Positions 13,020 through 30,074 are shown, counted from the stretch's first letter. The stretch is DNA of 64,000 nt from the human T2T-CHM13v2.0 reference genome, Homo sapiens (GCF_009914755.1 NC_060933.1), one strand, 5' to 3'. Numbers and translations: made by a program. Notes: generated by a model from the letters alone, not told the origin.

Positions 13020-13250
13020 TTATTCATGGCTCCAATTACCACTCCCAAATCTGTATCTCCGACTCAGTCCTGTCTTCTGAGCTCCAGACCTCAAGGCTCC
13101 AGATGCCTCCAGATACCTTCACCTGGATATCCCAAAAGTACTTCAAATTAAACACACCAGACCCAAATTCATGACCTCCTTCCAAACTTGCTCTTCCATT
13201 TGTTTCCCCAATCTCTGTAAATGGCTCTTCCATCCAATCATCCAGGCTAA
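13020..13250 (+). mobile_element. L2 fragment
   Basis: CTCCCAAATCTGTATCTCC...CTGAGCTCCAGAC...CACCTGGATATCCC are L2 motifs. Confidence 0.65.
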
Positions 13251-13343
13251 ACTACTACTATGAGTCTCAGGACAGAAAGGCCATTTATTTATTAAGTCCT
13301 CAAACTTCAATGTTCATCTTTAATGTTCATTGGAATCATCTGA

Positions 13344-13628
<285 letters not shown>

Positions 13629-13786
13629 GTGAAAAGCTTATTAAAACAGTTTCTTGATATTCGTGACCAGAGATTCTGATTTGGTTGCCTGAAGTGGAGT
13701 CCATGAATTTGTTGGGAAGGGGACCACATTTGGAGAACCATTACCCTAGAGAATGTAAAGACTGAAGGCACATTTCCATAAACCAC

Positions 13787-14167
13787 TGTATTAGTCTGTT
13801 TTCACACTGCTATAAAGAATCATCTGAGACTGGGTAATTTATGAAGAAAAGAGGTTTAATTGACTTACAGTTCTGCAGGCTTCACAGGAAGCATGGTTAA
13901 GCCTCAGGAAACTTACAATCATGGCAGAAGGCAAAGGGGAAGCAAGCACATCTTTACCATGGCGGAGCAGGAGAGAGAGCGAGAAGGGGGAAGTGCCACA
14001 CACCTTCAAACAACTAGCTCTCATAAGAACTCACTCACTATTATGAGAACAGCAAGGGGGAAGTTCACCCCATGATTCAATCACCTCTTACCAGGCTCCT
14101 CCCCCAACATGTGGGGATTACAATTCAAGATGAGATTTGCATGGGGACACAGAGTCAAACCATATCA
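13787..14167 (-). mobile_element. MST (MSTA-like) MaLR solo LTR
   Basis: TGTATTAGTCTGTTTTCACACTGCTATAAAG...CCATATCA; 5-bp TSD (A/G)CCAC. Confidence 0.88.
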
Positions 14168-17100
14168 GCCACCAAATCATTACTATATGAATTATTGCTG
14201 GAGGATGGAAATAGGAAGCAAGTCTTCTCTGGGTAGAGCATCTCTGCATCACCCAGAGGCAATATGAATTAAAGAAACAGCTAGTGATTTAATTATTCCT
14301 TCATCCATCAATTATGTATAGAGTCCCTACCTTCTCCTAGGCACAGTGCAAAGCACTGAACCAGATTCTGAGATATAATGCTGTGTAAAACCATGACACA
14401 ATACATGTTTACAGTCTAGTTTTAATAAGTGAGCTCAGGCAATTCACTGAGCCTCAGCTGTCTTATCTGTAAAACTGAAATAATAATACCACTGTGTATA
14501 GACTTTATGACAGATATCAAATAGAAGACTATGTTAAGTGCCTAGTTCAGTGCCTGGCACATTGATTCTCTAGAAGGATACTTAATGAACGGTAGTTAGT
14601 TCATATTGGTTTTATGTTAGAATCATTCACTTTAAAGTGCTATGCAAGTGCTAATTGTTGTTATTATCTTTAGCATTATGTCATAGACTCCCTTAATGAA
14701 CTTACCCAGGTAACTGACTAGACTTAAACAATTTTGAGAAAGGACCTCAAACAACTGAAGACAAGTTGGAATTTTGAGAGCTGTAGAACCCTCAGTTTCT
14801 TTCATTCTCTAAGATTATTAGGGCTTGGGTATTAATAGTAGTTTCCAAACTTTCCTCCAAAAACCAATTTTCCCAAATTAGTATATTGTTTGATTAACTG
14901 TAAATCTTCCGGATAAATTTGAAATGGCGCAGAAGCCAAGAGGATTGACAAAATCTGATCCTCCCTACTAGATTCTAGGATTTCAAGCATCTCCTTGGAA
15001 GGGAAACAGATACGGGGATAAAAAGAAAACTCCTCTTTGTTATTAGAGGTTCAGTGAGGTACAGTCACACAATGGAATACTATGAAGTCTTTGAAAATAG
15101 CCTTAATTTGAATTTGTTGATATGGAAAAAAAAAGTCAAAGATAAAAGGCATATTATACAGCAGTATGTATATCATTTTTGATTAAATAAAAAGCATAGG
15201 ATTATTTATTTATGTGTATGTATGTAGACAAATCCTGGAAAGATATACAGTCAATTGTTAACAAAATTTATTTCTCTGTGGAATAATTATGATTACCCTC
15301 CAAAAATTAATCAGTATTTTCTAGATTTTATTCAATGACTAAATATAACTAGTGTAATAAGCATATAGAAAAGAGAAAGAATGAGTCCCCAAGCCCTACA
15401 AAGAAACTGTGGGTGCCCTCAGGCAATGTTAGTGAATCTTGGCTGCATAGTATTATAGTATCACCTGCGGAGATTTTAAAACGTCTAAATGGAAAGGCTT
15501 CCCCCAAGACTTTCGAACTGAATCAGAATCTCTGGGGCTGAAACCAAGGCTTAAAGCTCCTGGGATCTTTTCAATGTGTGGCCAAGTTTGCGAACCACCA
15601 CCTCAGGGGAGCTTTCCTTGCCTTTCCTTGTTCTTCATAGGTCCCCTTGGGACCCTGGCTTATAGGGGCCTCAATGGGTCCCCAAAACCAAGCTAGTCCC
15701 AGGACAGACATCAGTATTCCTTGACTCCCAGTATCACATAGTTTACTCAGTTTTCATAATAATTTTGAAGTAGATCAGATATAGAAATTACTTTGGCCCC
15801 TGGACAGATATAGGGAGAAAAGGTGGAAAGAAGATAGGAGTTACAATATCTTGGTTCTTAGTGAGGTCTCTCATGCAATAGCTGTGTGATCATGAATAGG
15901 TTACTTTCTTTTTTTCATTCTCAGTAGCATGATGAAATGGACAGGTTACTTTTCTCTGAGGCTCAGATTCCTTATATCTGCACCTTTCTTGGTTGCTATT
16001 AGAATTAAGTGAACTAAAACACCTGAAAAGAGTTTAGTAAAATGTAAAGTACTGTATACATATTAGTATTTTTCTTACTGTATTTTGTAACTTATAATAT
16101 GAAGAATGTGCTCAGAGGAAGATGGTATCTGAGGAAGGCCCAAGAAAGGTTGACTTAGTCTCCCACAGGTGACCTAGGCCTTTGGATGGACAGAGACACC
16201 TAAGTTCAGAGATAATTAAATAAGGGGCAAATCCATGGGCTGAAACTAAAAGCAACTTGACAGGCCAAACATGAAACGCTTCTTTCTCAGAAATTCAGAG
16301 AAGAGACTCTGAGAAAGATCTTCCCTTTGCTTTTCTGATGGCTTCCAGGAATTTTTCCCAAAGTGGTGATGTCCCAGAATAAATAGGTTTTCTTCTCATA
16401 ATTAAGCCAGAGGTTCTGGGAATGGGCTGAGCCCAAGGCTGAATTCATTACTGAAATTGCTCGCAATTTAATTCAGGTCTCAAGGAGGTGGTTCCTGTGT
16501 GTCACTGGAAAAGAATCCTTGCATCTAGACAACAGTCTCCACGTGTCTCTAGTTTGACTTTGAAATGGGAAACTTTTTCTCCCTCTGCATATAATTTACT
16601 CTCTAAAAATAAAAGTCCACAAAAGGAACTTCACTGCCACACTGTCTATAGAAGGACCTCAGCATTAGGTGGGACCATCTGGGACATCATTCAACATGGG
16701 TAGTGACTGAAGAAAGTTGAGTGTCCCTTAGGAATAGAGACCATGAATTTTTCATTTTTGGATCCTCTGCATGTCACATAGTGCTGGACCCAGAAAAAAA
16801 GTACACAGTGAATCAATGCCTTGGAAGCTTCTCCTGCAGGCACAGTTCCTAGTGCATGGTAGGAAATTATAAATATTTGTGAAGTGGACAGCATTGCCAC
16901 CAGGTCTAACACACTGAAAATATCCACTGTTGTGCAAATGTGTTTTCCTTTTGTTCCTCTTAGACCATTATTGGTTGCAACTATTCCCATAAAATGGATT
17001 TGTTGCCCACATTCTCAGAGTAGGCAATAACCCATGTAATAATATGGGTCTGTACTAAAGATAAACCATAATGTTTGTATGGTAGCTTCTCATTGTATTA

Positions 17101-17407
17101 TACAATGGGATCTTCACTTCAGGAAGAATGACTACTGCATTCTTCCAGGCCAGAGATAAAGGAAACCTCAACTAGGAAAGTGACAGTGGGAGGGAGACAC
17201 ATGGGAATTTTCGAACCTGATTTCTGGTTTGGAAACCTGAGTGGATGATGGTGCTATTTGCTGAGATATGAAGAAGGTACAGTTTTGACTGGAAATATGA
17301 TGAGTTTAATTATGAACATTCTGAGTTTAAGCACTTGTCTGCCACCCAGGTAGAGGTAGAGATCATTAGATATGAAAGTATGAAACTCAGAGGAGACATC
17401 TGGGTAG

Positions 17408-17720
<313 letters not shown>

Positions 17721-18069
17721 AGTAGATATAGTCTTGAGAGCCATCGGCATATGATAGTAATAGATATCCAGAAATAATGGGTATGTGGGAAGAACGGTGA
17801 GAACAGTTTTAGGGGTAAGGAGGTGGCAGAGACCCATAGCAGAAGATAGAGTAGAAAAATGAAAACGGACACAGTTAGCATGAAAGAAAAGAAGGTAGTA
17901 TGGAAGGAGACATGAGGTTAAAGGAGAGATTTTTAAAGATGGAAAAGACATGTTTAAATGCAAATGGGAGAGGACCAAGATGGACCCACTGGACTCCTCT
18001 GAATCTGTCCGTCACCACATCTGACTACAGCAACCTTAAGACAGTAATGACAACGGCTTCACTTTTGCC

Positions 18070-19240
18070 TTTTTTTTTTATACTTTTAAGTTCTAGGGTA
18101 CATGTGCACAACATGCAGGTTTGTTACATATGTATACATGTGCCATGTTGGTGTGCTGCACCCATTAACTCGTCATTTACAGTAGGTATATCTCCTAATG
18201 CTACCCCTCCCCCCTTCCCCCACCTCACGACAGGCCCCGGTGTGTGATGTTCCCCTTCCTGTGCCCAAGTGTTCTCATTGTTCAATTCCCACCTATAAGT
18301 GAGAACATGCGGTGTTTGGTTTTTTGTCCTTGCGAAAGTTTGCTGAGAATGATGGTTTCCAGCTTCATCCATGTCCCTACAAAGGACATGAACTCATCAT
18401 TTTTTATGGCTGCATAGTATTCCATGGTGTATATGTGCCACATTTTCTTAATCCAGTCTATCATTGATGGACATTTGGGTTGGTTCCAAGTCTTTGCTAT
18501 TGTGAATAGTGCCACAATAAACATACGTGTGCATGTGTCTTTATAGCAGCATGATTTATAATCCTTTGGGTATATACCCAGTAATGGGATGGCTGGGTCA
18601 AATGGTATTTCCAGTTCTAGATCCTTGAGGAATCGCCACACTGTCTTCCACAATGGTTGAACTAGTTTACACGCCCACCAACAGTGTAAAAGTGTTCCTA
18701 TTTCTCCACAACCTCTCCAGCACCTGTTGTTTCCTGACTTTTTAATGATCGCCATTCTAACTGGTGTGAGATGGTATCTCACTGTGGTTTTGATTTGCAT
18801 TTCTCTGATGGCCAGTGACGATGAGCATTTTTTCATGTGCCTGTTGCCTGCATAAATGTCTTCTTTTGAGAAGTGTCTGTTCATATCCTTCACCCACTTT
18901 TTGATGGGGTTGTTCGTTTTTTTCTTGTAAATTTGTTTGAGTTCTTTGTAGATTCTGGATATTAGCCCTTTGTCAGATAAGTAGTTTGCAAAAATTTTCT
19001 CCCATTCTGTAGGTGGCCTGTTCACTCTGATGATAGTTTCTTTTGGTGTGCAGAAGCTCTTTAGTTTAATTAGATCCCATTTGTCTATTTTGGCTTTTGT
19101 TGCCATTGCTTTTGGTGTTTCAGACATGAAGTCCTTGCCCGTGCCTATGTCCTGAATGGTATTGCCTAGGTTTTCTTCTAGGGTTTTTATGGTTTTAGGT
19201 CTAACATTTAAGTCTTTAATCCATCTTGAATTAATTTTTT
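18070..19240 (-). mobile_element. 5'-truncated L1PA (about L1PA3-5) with uninterrupted ORF2p C-terminal frame
   Basis: ORF 18282-19247 encodes ...[18 protein letters not shown]...[11 protein letters not shown], followed by the L1 3' UTR and poly(A) (T-run at about 18070). Confidence 0.95.
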
Positions 19241-19354
19241 TATTCAAAAAATGCCTCAGGATGACAAGAAACTTACATATGAACTAGAAGGAAGTTGGGC
19301 TCTGCACCCATCTTGGGATACTTGCTCACAATTTGTGAGGAACATACTAAATAT

Positions 19355-19925
19355 GATACCATTTCTATTGTTCTTGCTATGTAACAAACCACTCTAAAAA
19401 CTTAGTGGCATAAAACAACAATCTTATTGTCCTCATGGTTTCTGTGGATCAGGAATGTGAACAGAGCACAGCAGAGGTGGCTTGTTTACCTTCTCTGATG
19501 TCTGGGCCTCAGCTGGGAAGGCTTGAAGGCTGGGAATGACTTGATGGCTGGGGTTGCAGTCATCTGGAGGTGTCTTTGCAGTTGATGCTGGCTGTGGCTG
19601 GGACTTCAGTTGAGCTGTCAGCTGGAAAAAATACAGTGGCCTCTCCATGTGGTGTCTCTGTATGAGCTACTTTGGTTTTCCTCACAGCTTGGTGGTGGTG
19701 AAACTTTATCACTTTTTATCATCTAACCTAAGTCACATCTAAGTGAAGTCACACAGCATCACTTCTTCCAAAGTCACAAACCCACCCAGATTCTAGGGAA
19801 GAGAGTTTAGATTCCACTTCTCTATGAAAACAGAACAGAAGTCATATTGTGTAAAAAAAAAAAAAAAAAAAAAGCATGTGGAGTGGGAATTATTCTTTTG
19901 ATCATCTCTGGAAAATACTATCTGT
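19355..19925 (-). mobile_element. MLT1 (F/G/H-like) LTR
   Basis: GCTATGTAACAAACCACTCTAAAAACTTAGTGGCATAAAACAACAA...CTCATGGTTTCTGTGGATCAGGAA. Confidence 0.75.
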
Positions 19926-20397
19926 CTTAGATGAATGGTCCTACTGAATTTCTCTTTTGCCTGAACCTTGGAAAAATTCTTCTTATGTCCCTCAATAGTT
20001 GGGACTCAAAAGCCAAATGAGTAAGGTATTGCTGTATTTAGGAGTCCAATAGGACAGTCTTTCTGTAAAAGTTACACTGGGAAAGATTGGGTGGATGATA
20101 TGTAATCACCGGGAATATGAAAATCTCACAGGACAGAGAGTTAAAGAATAGAAACAAAACAATTTTGGAAAAACCAGAAGCAATGGAAACAGACCCTGCT
20201 TGGAGGAGCAATAGAGAAAAATGGTGGCAAAATGAAGACTGGGGAGAAATGGCAGATCAATAAACTCCACAAAAGAAAAAAATAATTTCTGTGAAATATA
20301 AATAAACCTTGGGCAAAATTAACCAATCTTAATTTAGAAGCTGGCAGAAAACTTTTTTCAGTTAGGGAGGCCATTAAGTGAAATTATTTGCTGTTAA

Positions 20398-20892
<495 letters not shown>

Positions 20893-21294
20893 TGACATGG
20901 ACCATACTTCTAAGAGATAGTGATAGCTCAGAACTATATAGTAATCTACTATTATTACATCTTATATATCTGTTTATAAGTATAACATATTCATTATGTA
21001 TTACACTAAGCTATTCTTGTTTTTTTTTTTATGTTATATCTTTTACTTACTATGTTAAATATCCAGCCTCCTAATTAGTATGTTATCTCTGAATCTAGGT
21101 GATACTTCTTGGAGTTTGTCAAACTATTTAGTCATCACTACCTAGAACATTTTAGCACCAGGTGGCAGCAGAATCTGAGGCCTGTGATAAAATACTTGGG
21201 AGGGAACTAAATACCTAATTAAGAATTTACCTCAAACCTAAGGATAGTCAATAAGGAGAAGCAATTGTATTACTTTCTACTCCCCATGTTTAGA

Positions 21295-21325
<31 letters not shown>

Positions 21326-22579
21326 AGTGAGTGATTATTCAAATTGAGCATACATCCTATTCCCCTCTCCACCAAACACTCACATATACTCTTGCAGACA
21401 CAGAGAAGAACCAGTCAGCCAAGTGGACTATGCTGGAAGTTAGCCTCAGAAGGGCAAGAAGTAGGGTAGCCTAGCTCATAGACAGCCAGCAGGATAAACC
21501 CAATTGGAATCTGTTAGGAAAATCCAGGGCCTAAAGAACAGAGACCAAGTTCAAACACCAATTCCAAAGGGCCAGAAGCAGAACCAAAGTCAGGTAGCAG
21601 AATGAAACAAAGAAGAGATGTCAAGCAAGAGCCAGTAAGACTCTTACTTTAAGAGTGACCTGCCTTTAGAGGTCAGCAAGGGCATGTGCCTGGTTATTTT
21701 GAGCTGGCCTAGGGACCAAAGAAACTAGACTCAAGCTGTCTTCTTAAACGTGTCCAAGTGTTGAACACATCACTTCTACAAAATTCTCCATTCTATATAG
21801 GCTGGCCAAAGAACAGAGGCCTGGCAACCCTTTGCTGGTTTTAACATGCCCTTGCTGGGTAATCCAAATTGGCTGTTTGCAATCTTGAGGTGACTCCCTC
21901 ATCAGATGTGAGTGTGAGTGCTAATCTAGTCTTGCCAGAAGACATGGTAGTGATTTGAAATGGCAGTTCCAATTTGCTCTTATTTAAGAAGCAATGCCTT
22001 AGTCACTTCAGATTGTGTTTGGCTAGAGCCTGGTACTTAAGCTGTCAACCTGGATAGAGATGCATATTTTTTAAACACAAATACAAAATCATTTCAAAGT
22101 CCATTAAACAGATTTTTTTAGTTGGAGAGTAACTCAAAATTGCCAAGCTACTTTATTTTCTGATGCTTTCTTAATCATGATATAGTTCCAAATAGTATTT
22201 TTTCAATAATTATAATTTCAAAGCATTTTTTAAAGTGGGTGTTAGAGCTTTTAGGCATTTTCAATCGTTTTTTTTTTTTTTTTTCTGGTTGCTATAAAGG
22301 CCCAGGATTCAGCCTTGGAACATGTATCAGACTCTCCAATTAGATATCATTATTTGAAGAATCCCTAAAAAGTTTTGAATGAAGTCTATTGTAATCATTC
22401 TTTATCCTTGAAGCTTTCCACATAGCTGCATATTTCACTGCATCGTTGTAAAAATGGATTTTCATGTCATACGTTTAAAGAAGAAACAGCAGTCTTTGTT
22501 TCAAGGAGTATTTCAGAAGATTTACAGGTGTTAACAGGTGGAAAGATTCTGGGTTTTGCCTTTAGGAAGAAAAAACCAA

Positions 22580-22895
22580 CCGAGCGCGGTGGCTCACACC
22601 TGTAATCTCAGCACTTTGGGAGGCTGAGGCAGTTGGATCACTTGAGGTCAGGAGTTCAAGACCAGCCTGACCAACATGGTGAAACCCCATCTGTACTAAA
22701 AAAATAAAAAAAAAAAAAAATTAGCTGGCCATGGTGGTGGGCGCCTGTAATCCCAGCTACTCAGAGGCTGAGGCAGGAGAACTGCTTGAACCCAGAAGGC
22801 AGAGGTTGCAGTGAGCCAAGATCGTACCACTGCACTCCAACCTGGGCAACAGAGTGAGACTCTGTCTCAAAACAAAACAAAACAAAACAAAACAG
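22580..22895 (+). mobile_element. Alu (AluS-like)
   Basis: Sense dimer with (CAAAA)n tail. Confidence 0.93.
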
Positions 22896-23699
22896 AAAAG
22901 ACCTATTGTGGTCAGTAACAGCCTCTTGAGAAGTAGCTGTGCTTATGTCTGTCTGGCCTTACAAACCAAGAGGTGGACCATCTCACAGAACAGGCATTTG
23001 TGGACAACTAGCAACAAGATGGAGTCAAAGTACACCATGGAGAAGGGTTGCTAGGTGCCCAAAGAGGCTTTGAAGGGGCAGTACCCTGGTGTGATCTCCA
23101 TGTTCCAAGGGCTATATCTCAGGAACCTGATGTAGCAGCATAATGACAGTGGATCAATCTCTCCCTCTCTCCGACCCCCAGATAGACATCCACTAACAAG
23201 CTCTGATGTATAAATTAGAAGTTCATCTATTAACTTATAACTGGGTCTTGGATCTTCCGGTAAGTATTTTTTTTTATCTATAGGTGGATCTACACAGAAA
23301 GCCAAATTACTATCAAAAGTCTGTTGCACATAAGCATAGACTCAGTACAAGGGGAGTTAGTGTTTCAAGTGTTTCATAGCTTTATCTTGGATACAGCCCC
23401 ATGTACATGTCTTAGTAAGGAACAAAGCAGATTAAATCCCTCTCATTTCTTTATCTAAACTTGATCTAATAGCGTTTCTAGTTCTGACATTTTATATTTA
23501 ATTTCACTTGATTTCCATTGTCTTCTGGTGCAAATGGAAGCATAACAGGAACTCAAAAGGGTCAGACAAACCACAAGAGCAGAGAACTGTGTCTCAAGAT
23601 ACATGAGGAAGAAGAAAGAGTGCCCTTAACTACTTTGCCTGACTTCAGATCTCTAGACACAGATAAATTATACCATAATGTGCAAGAAACACAGATAGT

Positions 23700-23960
23700 G
23701 TTAGGGATCCTCTGAGACATTTGGAGACATTATAGAGATGAGAAGAGGTGCTTGAACCCTAAAAACAAACAAATGTTCTGATTTTCTAAATAAAGAAATA
23801 ATATGAGCCAGAAAGGACAGGAAAGTAAGTCTCAGGCGAATCTCTGACATAGTTTAAGTAGATTACTGAGCACAGAAAAGAATGCAGTGATCTCCAGGAA
23901 GCAGCATGGGTTCAGTACAAATGCCTCAGCCATACCAGTTCACCATTTACTATTTACTTT
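23700..23960 (+). mobile_element. L3/CR1 ORF2 remnant
   Basis: About 23875-23930 translates EKNAVISRKQHGFSTN, resembling the CR1 reverse-transcriptase QHGF motif. Confidence 0.55.
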
Positions 23961-26900
23961 TCAGACATATTTATTTATTAGTTTGTCAGATTTAAGATTT
24001 GAGCCCATATTTAAATAATAAAATCAACTGGATGATATTTTCTTTCTTTGTTGCGAATCAGTTAATGTAGCAGCAATATTTGTTGATCAGAAGTCTGGGT
24101 TAAATCCTTTAGTGAGTCCATCCTGACCAGGTGCCACATGTGCCACTCTGCCTTCTGTAGTAGAATTGGAAGGCAACATTTCAGTTCCAGTGAAACTATA
24201 TTGCCTTTATTTGGAACATCTCTAAATTCCTCTTTCAGAATTTTCTTCTGAAGTTTACTTTTTATTTTCACAGGTAGAAAGTCACTGCCCTTTGGAGAAT
24301 AGATGTTTACCTTTTCCAGAAACAGTCGGTTCTATCAGAAACAAAAAGAGATAAACTTTGATCACCTAGTCAATTGAAGGACGGGGTAGAGGGAAAGAGG
24401 AATGCAAAGATTAGGGTATACGTATAAACCAAAAAAAATTAAAAAAAAAACAATTTAGTTGTGGGTCTTGTAAATTGGCCCTAAAAGCAATCTCTAAAGA
24501 GAAATTTTTAATAGAGAAAAGTGTCCTTAATACTTTTCAAATTCTTAAATATTGTCTTGCTTTCAAATGTTTAAAAATGTAAGTTTCAAATGATAAGGCA
24601 GATTGAACACAGAAATACATACAGACTTTTCTATACCTTCCTTTCTTCTGATCTAGCAATGTAATCCAAGCATTATAAGTAACTTTTAGTTACAGAACAG
24701 ATTTCATTTCATTTCAAATGAATTTTTATATGTATGATTTTTAAAATCAGGATAGCAGATTTTATCTTCTAACGTCTGATAGGCTATAAATCATAGCTCC
24801 TTTATTTAAACTTAAACAGAATTTTAAAAACACAGGGGAACAAATATTTAGGTAGTTTTAAGTTGGTATCTTTTGTTAAATTCTTTTGAAAGCAGAATTC
24901 AAACTTTAAATGCAAAAATATTGTTGCTGATAGGTTCACATCATATTCAAGTGTTATATTATACATGACTTTAACAGAATTTTAAGTTAGGAGATGAGCA
25001 GTAATGTTAGAAAGTAACATCTGTAACATTACTTTTCCAATATACCTCATCCATGCAAATGTCTCCTGTGGACATTTCAAATAATCTTCACCAAAAGTTA
25101 ATTAAATAAGAAAAAATAAGAAATGATATTTATCTATTTATAATTAATCTTTTTCCTGATTTACAAAACTACATATAATTCAACAACATTTTATAAAAGC
25201 AAGGGAAGGATTAAAAATAAAGTGAATGTGGGAAAAATTAGCCAGAGCTGAAGCAGGGATTCATATTCATGCTTTGAAGTCCTATGTACTTGGTTAAATT
25301 TAGCTTAGGCTTTCTAACAGTCATTGCAAAGAAAGAAACAATCAGTTCCATTATTCACAAGTTTTTTAAAAAGTGCTATTTAGAGGGGTACAACACTCCA
25401 GGTTCTTGAAGCCTGGGGCTTGCAGAGCTCAATCACCTGCTAGCCAAAAATACTTCCTGGTGGTAAGCTGCTTGAAAGCTGAATTAAGTACTGTATTTTG
25501 TTAGGAGGGCCTAAAATATGTCATTCCTCTGCTCTAAAACCTTCAGTGGCTCTCCACTGCCTATACATTAACTATACATTTCTTGATCTGATATTTGAAG
25601 CCATCCTTAAAACCAAGTCAAGGTGAGCTCCCTGAAGGCAGATAGCATTTCTTATTCAATATCGTATTACTAGCATTGCCACAGGTCCAGTGACAATGTA
25701 GGTGTCAACAGATGCTCAGAAACAACTCTTTTATACAGGGACTCTCAATCACCCAAGAAAATTGGCAGAAACCTCTCCAGTCCTCTTTTCTCTACCTGTA
25801 AGGCCTTCCCCTGCCAGCTCTGTTAAATGCTGGCCAATTTCTTCAAAATCAATAATAATATCTTCATCACCAATAACAGCTACAATAACATCACTTTGCA
25901 TTTGTATTGTGCAGACACAAAGTGCAGACACAAAAAATCCAATTCTATTCTCATAATCAGCCTTGCTTTGTAGTCAGGGCAGGGATCATGGTCCCAGCTC
26001 CACAACGCAGAAATCACATCTTGTACAAGATCACATCCTTATTAAATGGGAGATAACATTTCCTCCTGATTTCCACAACAGGTTGTGGTCTCTTTCTCTT
26101 CTTCAAACCCTTGTGGCATTCAGTTTGGCATCTCTTATCAAAATAACTCCATTCATTTTACATAGTCCTTTACAGTTTATAAAAAATGGTTTCTCAACCA
26201 AAATTCCTATTTTTTTGATTTTTACAACTTCATTTGGAAAAAATTAATCCTCCCCTTACTGTGAGGACCCTGCTGCTTTCTCCGCTCTCTCTAAAAATAT
26301 AAAAAGTGAAAGCTACTCAGTAGATTTCACCACCATCACTGCATTCATTTTATCATCTGCCAAGAACAATAGAAACTAACATTTTTAAGGTTCCTACTCT
26401 CTGGAAGGTTCTGGGGTAATTTTTAAATAAATAATACTGCTTTATTTTACTTCTTTGCCCTTAGACTGTTAAATTTCACACACGCACATGCACACACACA
26501 TGCACACGCACACACACACACACACACCCTGAAACGGCCCTAATCTGAAAATAAAGTATGTACTCTCCTGCTCTATGGACACTTTGATCAATGGTGAAAG
26601 AGAACCAGGAGTAGTGGTGACGAAAAGGAACTTAAATCCTTTCTGAAACTCTGCTACAGTGACTGATTTAAGAATCAAGTCTAGCTGGAGTCCATCAGGG
26701 GGATCCAGAATGTGTTGACAAGAGCTGCCAGTTAGGGGAATTTCTGGTGAAGACATCCTCAGGTAGGAAAAGACCCCAGCAGAGAGATTTTGATGAGGAG
26801 ACTCTTCATCCTTCACCTTGGTTCTGAGTGACAGCTCCAAGCCAGAAGAAGGCTGGAGAACAGAACCAAACTGGAGGCCACCACCAGAAATCTTTTTGGT

Positions 26901-27552
26901 GTGAGGACTGGAAAGTCCCTGTGCTAAGATGCAGCACTACACAACTCCAGGGGGCACTCTTCACATGGCCCATACTGTGCACATGGCCTTGGAGTTATGT
27001 AACATGGGGTCCTCCTCATGGTATCTGGCCCTGTTCTCCCATTGCACTGACTGCATGTCACAGGGGACATCCATGTCGAGACCCTCAAGGGAACTGGAAA
27101 CTTTCAAGCTTTCATTACTCATTTCATGATTTGGTGCTTGGCATTTTGATTTCAGTTCACTTTATGGCTTTTCCTTGAATAAGATTTTAAAGATATATAT
27201 GACGGGGAGCACTGGGATTCTCTAGACATGCTAAGCAGGAACTCAAAGGTGAGTATCATGCCAATTGTGTGATTCCCCCCATAGCGTAACTCAGGCTCCT
27301 GATGGCAAAGATTTCTCTGGAAAAAAGGTCGACTTCATCCAGACTGTGTGGTCTCCATTCTTTTAGCTATGTTTTTCTGTGAAAAGCATTACCTTTTGAG
27401 AAAAGCAAATTAGAAATTATTCTAACTTATATATGGGGCCCAGCAATAATTTCCCATCCACCCTTCAGATCTGTAGTTCCCAAAACTGACTATACTTTAG
27501 AATTGTTTACAGAAAATATATTGACACCTGGTTTCTACTCCAGGACAAGTAA

Positions 27553-28131
<579 letters not shown>

Positions 28132-28464
28132 TAATTATGACAAAGTCCCTGCCCTCAAAAAGTTTCTGCTCTATCTGGAAAGACGGGTATGTGAATTACT
28201 ATAACACAGAGCAAAATTAAATCAAGGTATTATGGGAGCACAGGCTGGGGAAATGAGGGAAGATTTTGGAGAAGAAAATACATTTGAGGTAGGTCTTCAA
28301 GGAGGGATAAAGTTCTGATCAATGGAAAAGAGGAAGAAGGCATTCCAAAGCGGTATAGCTTGAGCAAAGGCATAGAGGCAAGAAAGTGGATGGGATATTG
28401 AGGAACTATAGGAACCTGGTTCAGAAAATAGTAGCCTATGAGGCAGGAGGTTTTTATTTTTTAA

Positions 28465-28740
<276 letters not shown>

Positions 28741-30074
28741 GGTGGAAGGCCTCAGAAGCCCCCACAAGTAATCTGTAGGTGTTATGAGTTTGTGAGTCTA
28801 TACAGTATGTGTCTTAGATGGAGAGAACACAATAAAGATAAAAATCAAATTGTGCCATGATAAGATCTGAAACAAATAGAAACATGATCAATATGAACTT
28901 TGATAAATACCTCTGAGGTAGTTACTCATCCTGTTTTTGGGCAGCCTTCTCTGATTTTATGCTTTAGCACTTGTAGGTGTTAACTATGAAGCAGAAAGCT
29001 GCACAGACAAGCCACTTAAATTATTCATCCTAAATCAAGTTGAGTTTAAGAGTCTCCTCTTGTTACTCCCACTACTCTGAGGGAGCTGGACACACCACTG
29101 TTGCATTTTTTTCCTGTGCTTTTTACATATGTTCTCTCCGTTGAGAATGCTATTTCTTCCTTCTGTGATAATGCCCATGTACTGACTAAACTCTTAAGTT
29201 GCCAGCTCTGTGTGTCTTTCTATAGCATTTTTATAGGGACAGCTAATCTAACAGTTATTAATTATACTGTATTTAGTAACATGTCTGTGTTCCCTCCCAG
29301 ACTGTCAACCCCTGGAAGACAGAAACAGGATCTTTTTAAACTTTCAATCACCAGGACTCAGCACAGTGGCTGACATGCTGGTGGTGCAGACTGAATGAGT
29401 GAATGAGAAAGCACTTACCAGATGTTGGAAAGATTTAAAGATATCAATTATGTCCTTTAATGTTTAGGTACTGGGATTCGGGAAATTTTTTTCCATATTT
29501 AAAACCATTTGCTCAGGTTCAAAACACTTCTCTTCTGAAGTGTTCACTTATATAAGCAAAATGACAGTTGCTGAACCTATCAATTTATTTCTGTGAAACA
29601 AGCAACATTTCTCTCTTTAGTACTAATCTGCCAAGGAAATATTAAAGTTAATGTATCTTTGGCTAGAAGTATAAATATTACTCAAAAAGCTCCTAAAAAC
29701 AACTGAAGCCTACAAAAGGGGAAAAAATCCCTTAAGGGATATGACAATAGAATTTGGGGCTTCCTGGGATAAGAGGAGAGAGGGTGGTGCTCTTTGTGAA
29801 TTTTGACGATTTCCAGTTCCTTAAATGTATTCCACTACTTGGGGGATTAAAAGGTTTACTGGTGAGAGTGTCAGTTGTCAAAGGACTGAGGATAGATTCT
29901 ATAATCCTGTAAAAGAGAGCTCCAACAGCTTCTCCGACAGGAATCTTGAAATATTTGTTATCTCAGGAATAATTTTGCCCTATTGTTATACTTCCTTGGT
30001 TCTTTAACAATCCTGTTGCCCCTGGAAGAAATAACATGTTTAAGGAAATTAATTTTTGCACCGTTGCTCCCAAA

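Noticed and set aside
25000-25033. 10-bp inverted repeat AGTAATGTTA / TAACATTACT
   Set aside because: Short and AT-rich; compatible with chance.
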